From NCBI GenBank assembly GCA_051362555.1, contig CM120645.1, positions 18,600,001 to 18,664,000 of the forward strand: 64,000 bases of DNA, given 5' to 3'. Below, piece after piece: positions 63,266-64,000 of this stretch. Position numbers and translations under genes: made by a program. The notes beneath the pieces are model-generated. The model was not told where the DNA came from and ran no database searches. It saw only the letters and a list, made by a program, of their open reading frames with translations. The stretch is from Lingula anatina (Eukaryota > Animalia > Brachiopoda). Each line of letters opens with the position of its first letter. Position 1 is the stretch's first letter.

Positions 63266-64000
63266 GGCTCGTGTCTGAATTTGATCCTTGTGCCCTTCCT
63301 ACCTCGGGTAAAATAAAAGATACAGGTTGCCAGTGCTGGCTCAGGGTCACCTATATGGATCTATTATATTATTAGATTGGGCAAGAAGCTATATAACTTC
63401 TTGGATTGGGCAACTTAGCTGAATGATGATCGCTATAGCACTATGGTTGAGCAAGAAGTTATGTTTTTATATACATTGAAATTAAAGAAATATAGATAGA
63501 TTAAAGCAATATAGTTCTGTAAAATTATTGCATGTTCACTTTTTGCTGCGCTGCAAATTTCTTCAGACCTACCTACACCGTGTGCCATTAAAATGGCGAT
63601 GAATGATTTATGAATAGTTTTCAACTGATACATATGAAAAGAATACAACAAAGATAAAAAAAGAAAGAAAACACAAAAAGGTAACCTTTTCTGGAGACCT
63701 TTTCCCTACCAGGTAGAGGGGGGGGGGGGCGTTGTGACAGGAATGGAAGTTCGGGGTCCCATATGATATGTACAGGTGAGGGTTAGTTGGAGTATTGGGG
63801 TTAGTATATGGGGCGAATGTCACCTGATCAAAGTAATGGAGAGCGGACTGCGGTTCCTGGCGGACTTCCATTCCTGTAACACCTATTATGTAGGATCAGT
63901 AATTTATCACGACGCACGTGTGACCCGCTTAGAACTACGCTTACCCGAATACATAACCTATTTAAACACACTTAAAGCGCCAGTTTATGTTGTTGTTTTT

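Noticed and set aside
63680-64000. Possible promoter or first exon of a further gene at the window end
   Set aside because: CpG-richer with CACGTG and ACTTCC motifs, but no supportable exon or coding signal within the window.

Overview
AT-rich genomic DNA from an invertebrate animal (GT-AG introns; the repeat landscape looks lophotrochozoan/mollusc-like, which is inference). Five protein-coding genes can be reconstructed by hand: (1) a phosphoethanolamine N-methyltransferase on + that appears to encode only the N-terminal methyltransferase domain; (2) a TPR + CHAT (caspase-like, TTC28-related) protein on - with a single-exon CDS and an intact His/Cys dyad; (3) an Egalitarian-like protein on - with three winged-helix/LOTUS-like repeats, an OB-like fold and a C-terminal dynein-light-chain motif but no exonuclease domain; (4) a USP-family deubiquitinase on + with N-terminal transmembrane segments, head-to-head with gene 3 across a very compact promoter; (5) EDEM1 on + (12 coding exons). 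The introns are full of mobile DNA: an Academ-like element with nested Tc1 and MITE insertions, two near-identical hAT derivatives with 7-bp TSDs, a young 5'-truncated L1/Tx1 LINE, an internally deleted RTE-X-like LINE, two Helentron-type (HINE) elements carrying 146-bp satellite arrays, and several MITEs. The best candidates for undescribed biology are the apparently active animal TPR-CHAT protease, the exonuclease-less Egalitarian paralogue and the membrane-anchored USP. All family assignments come from motif recognition, not database searches.
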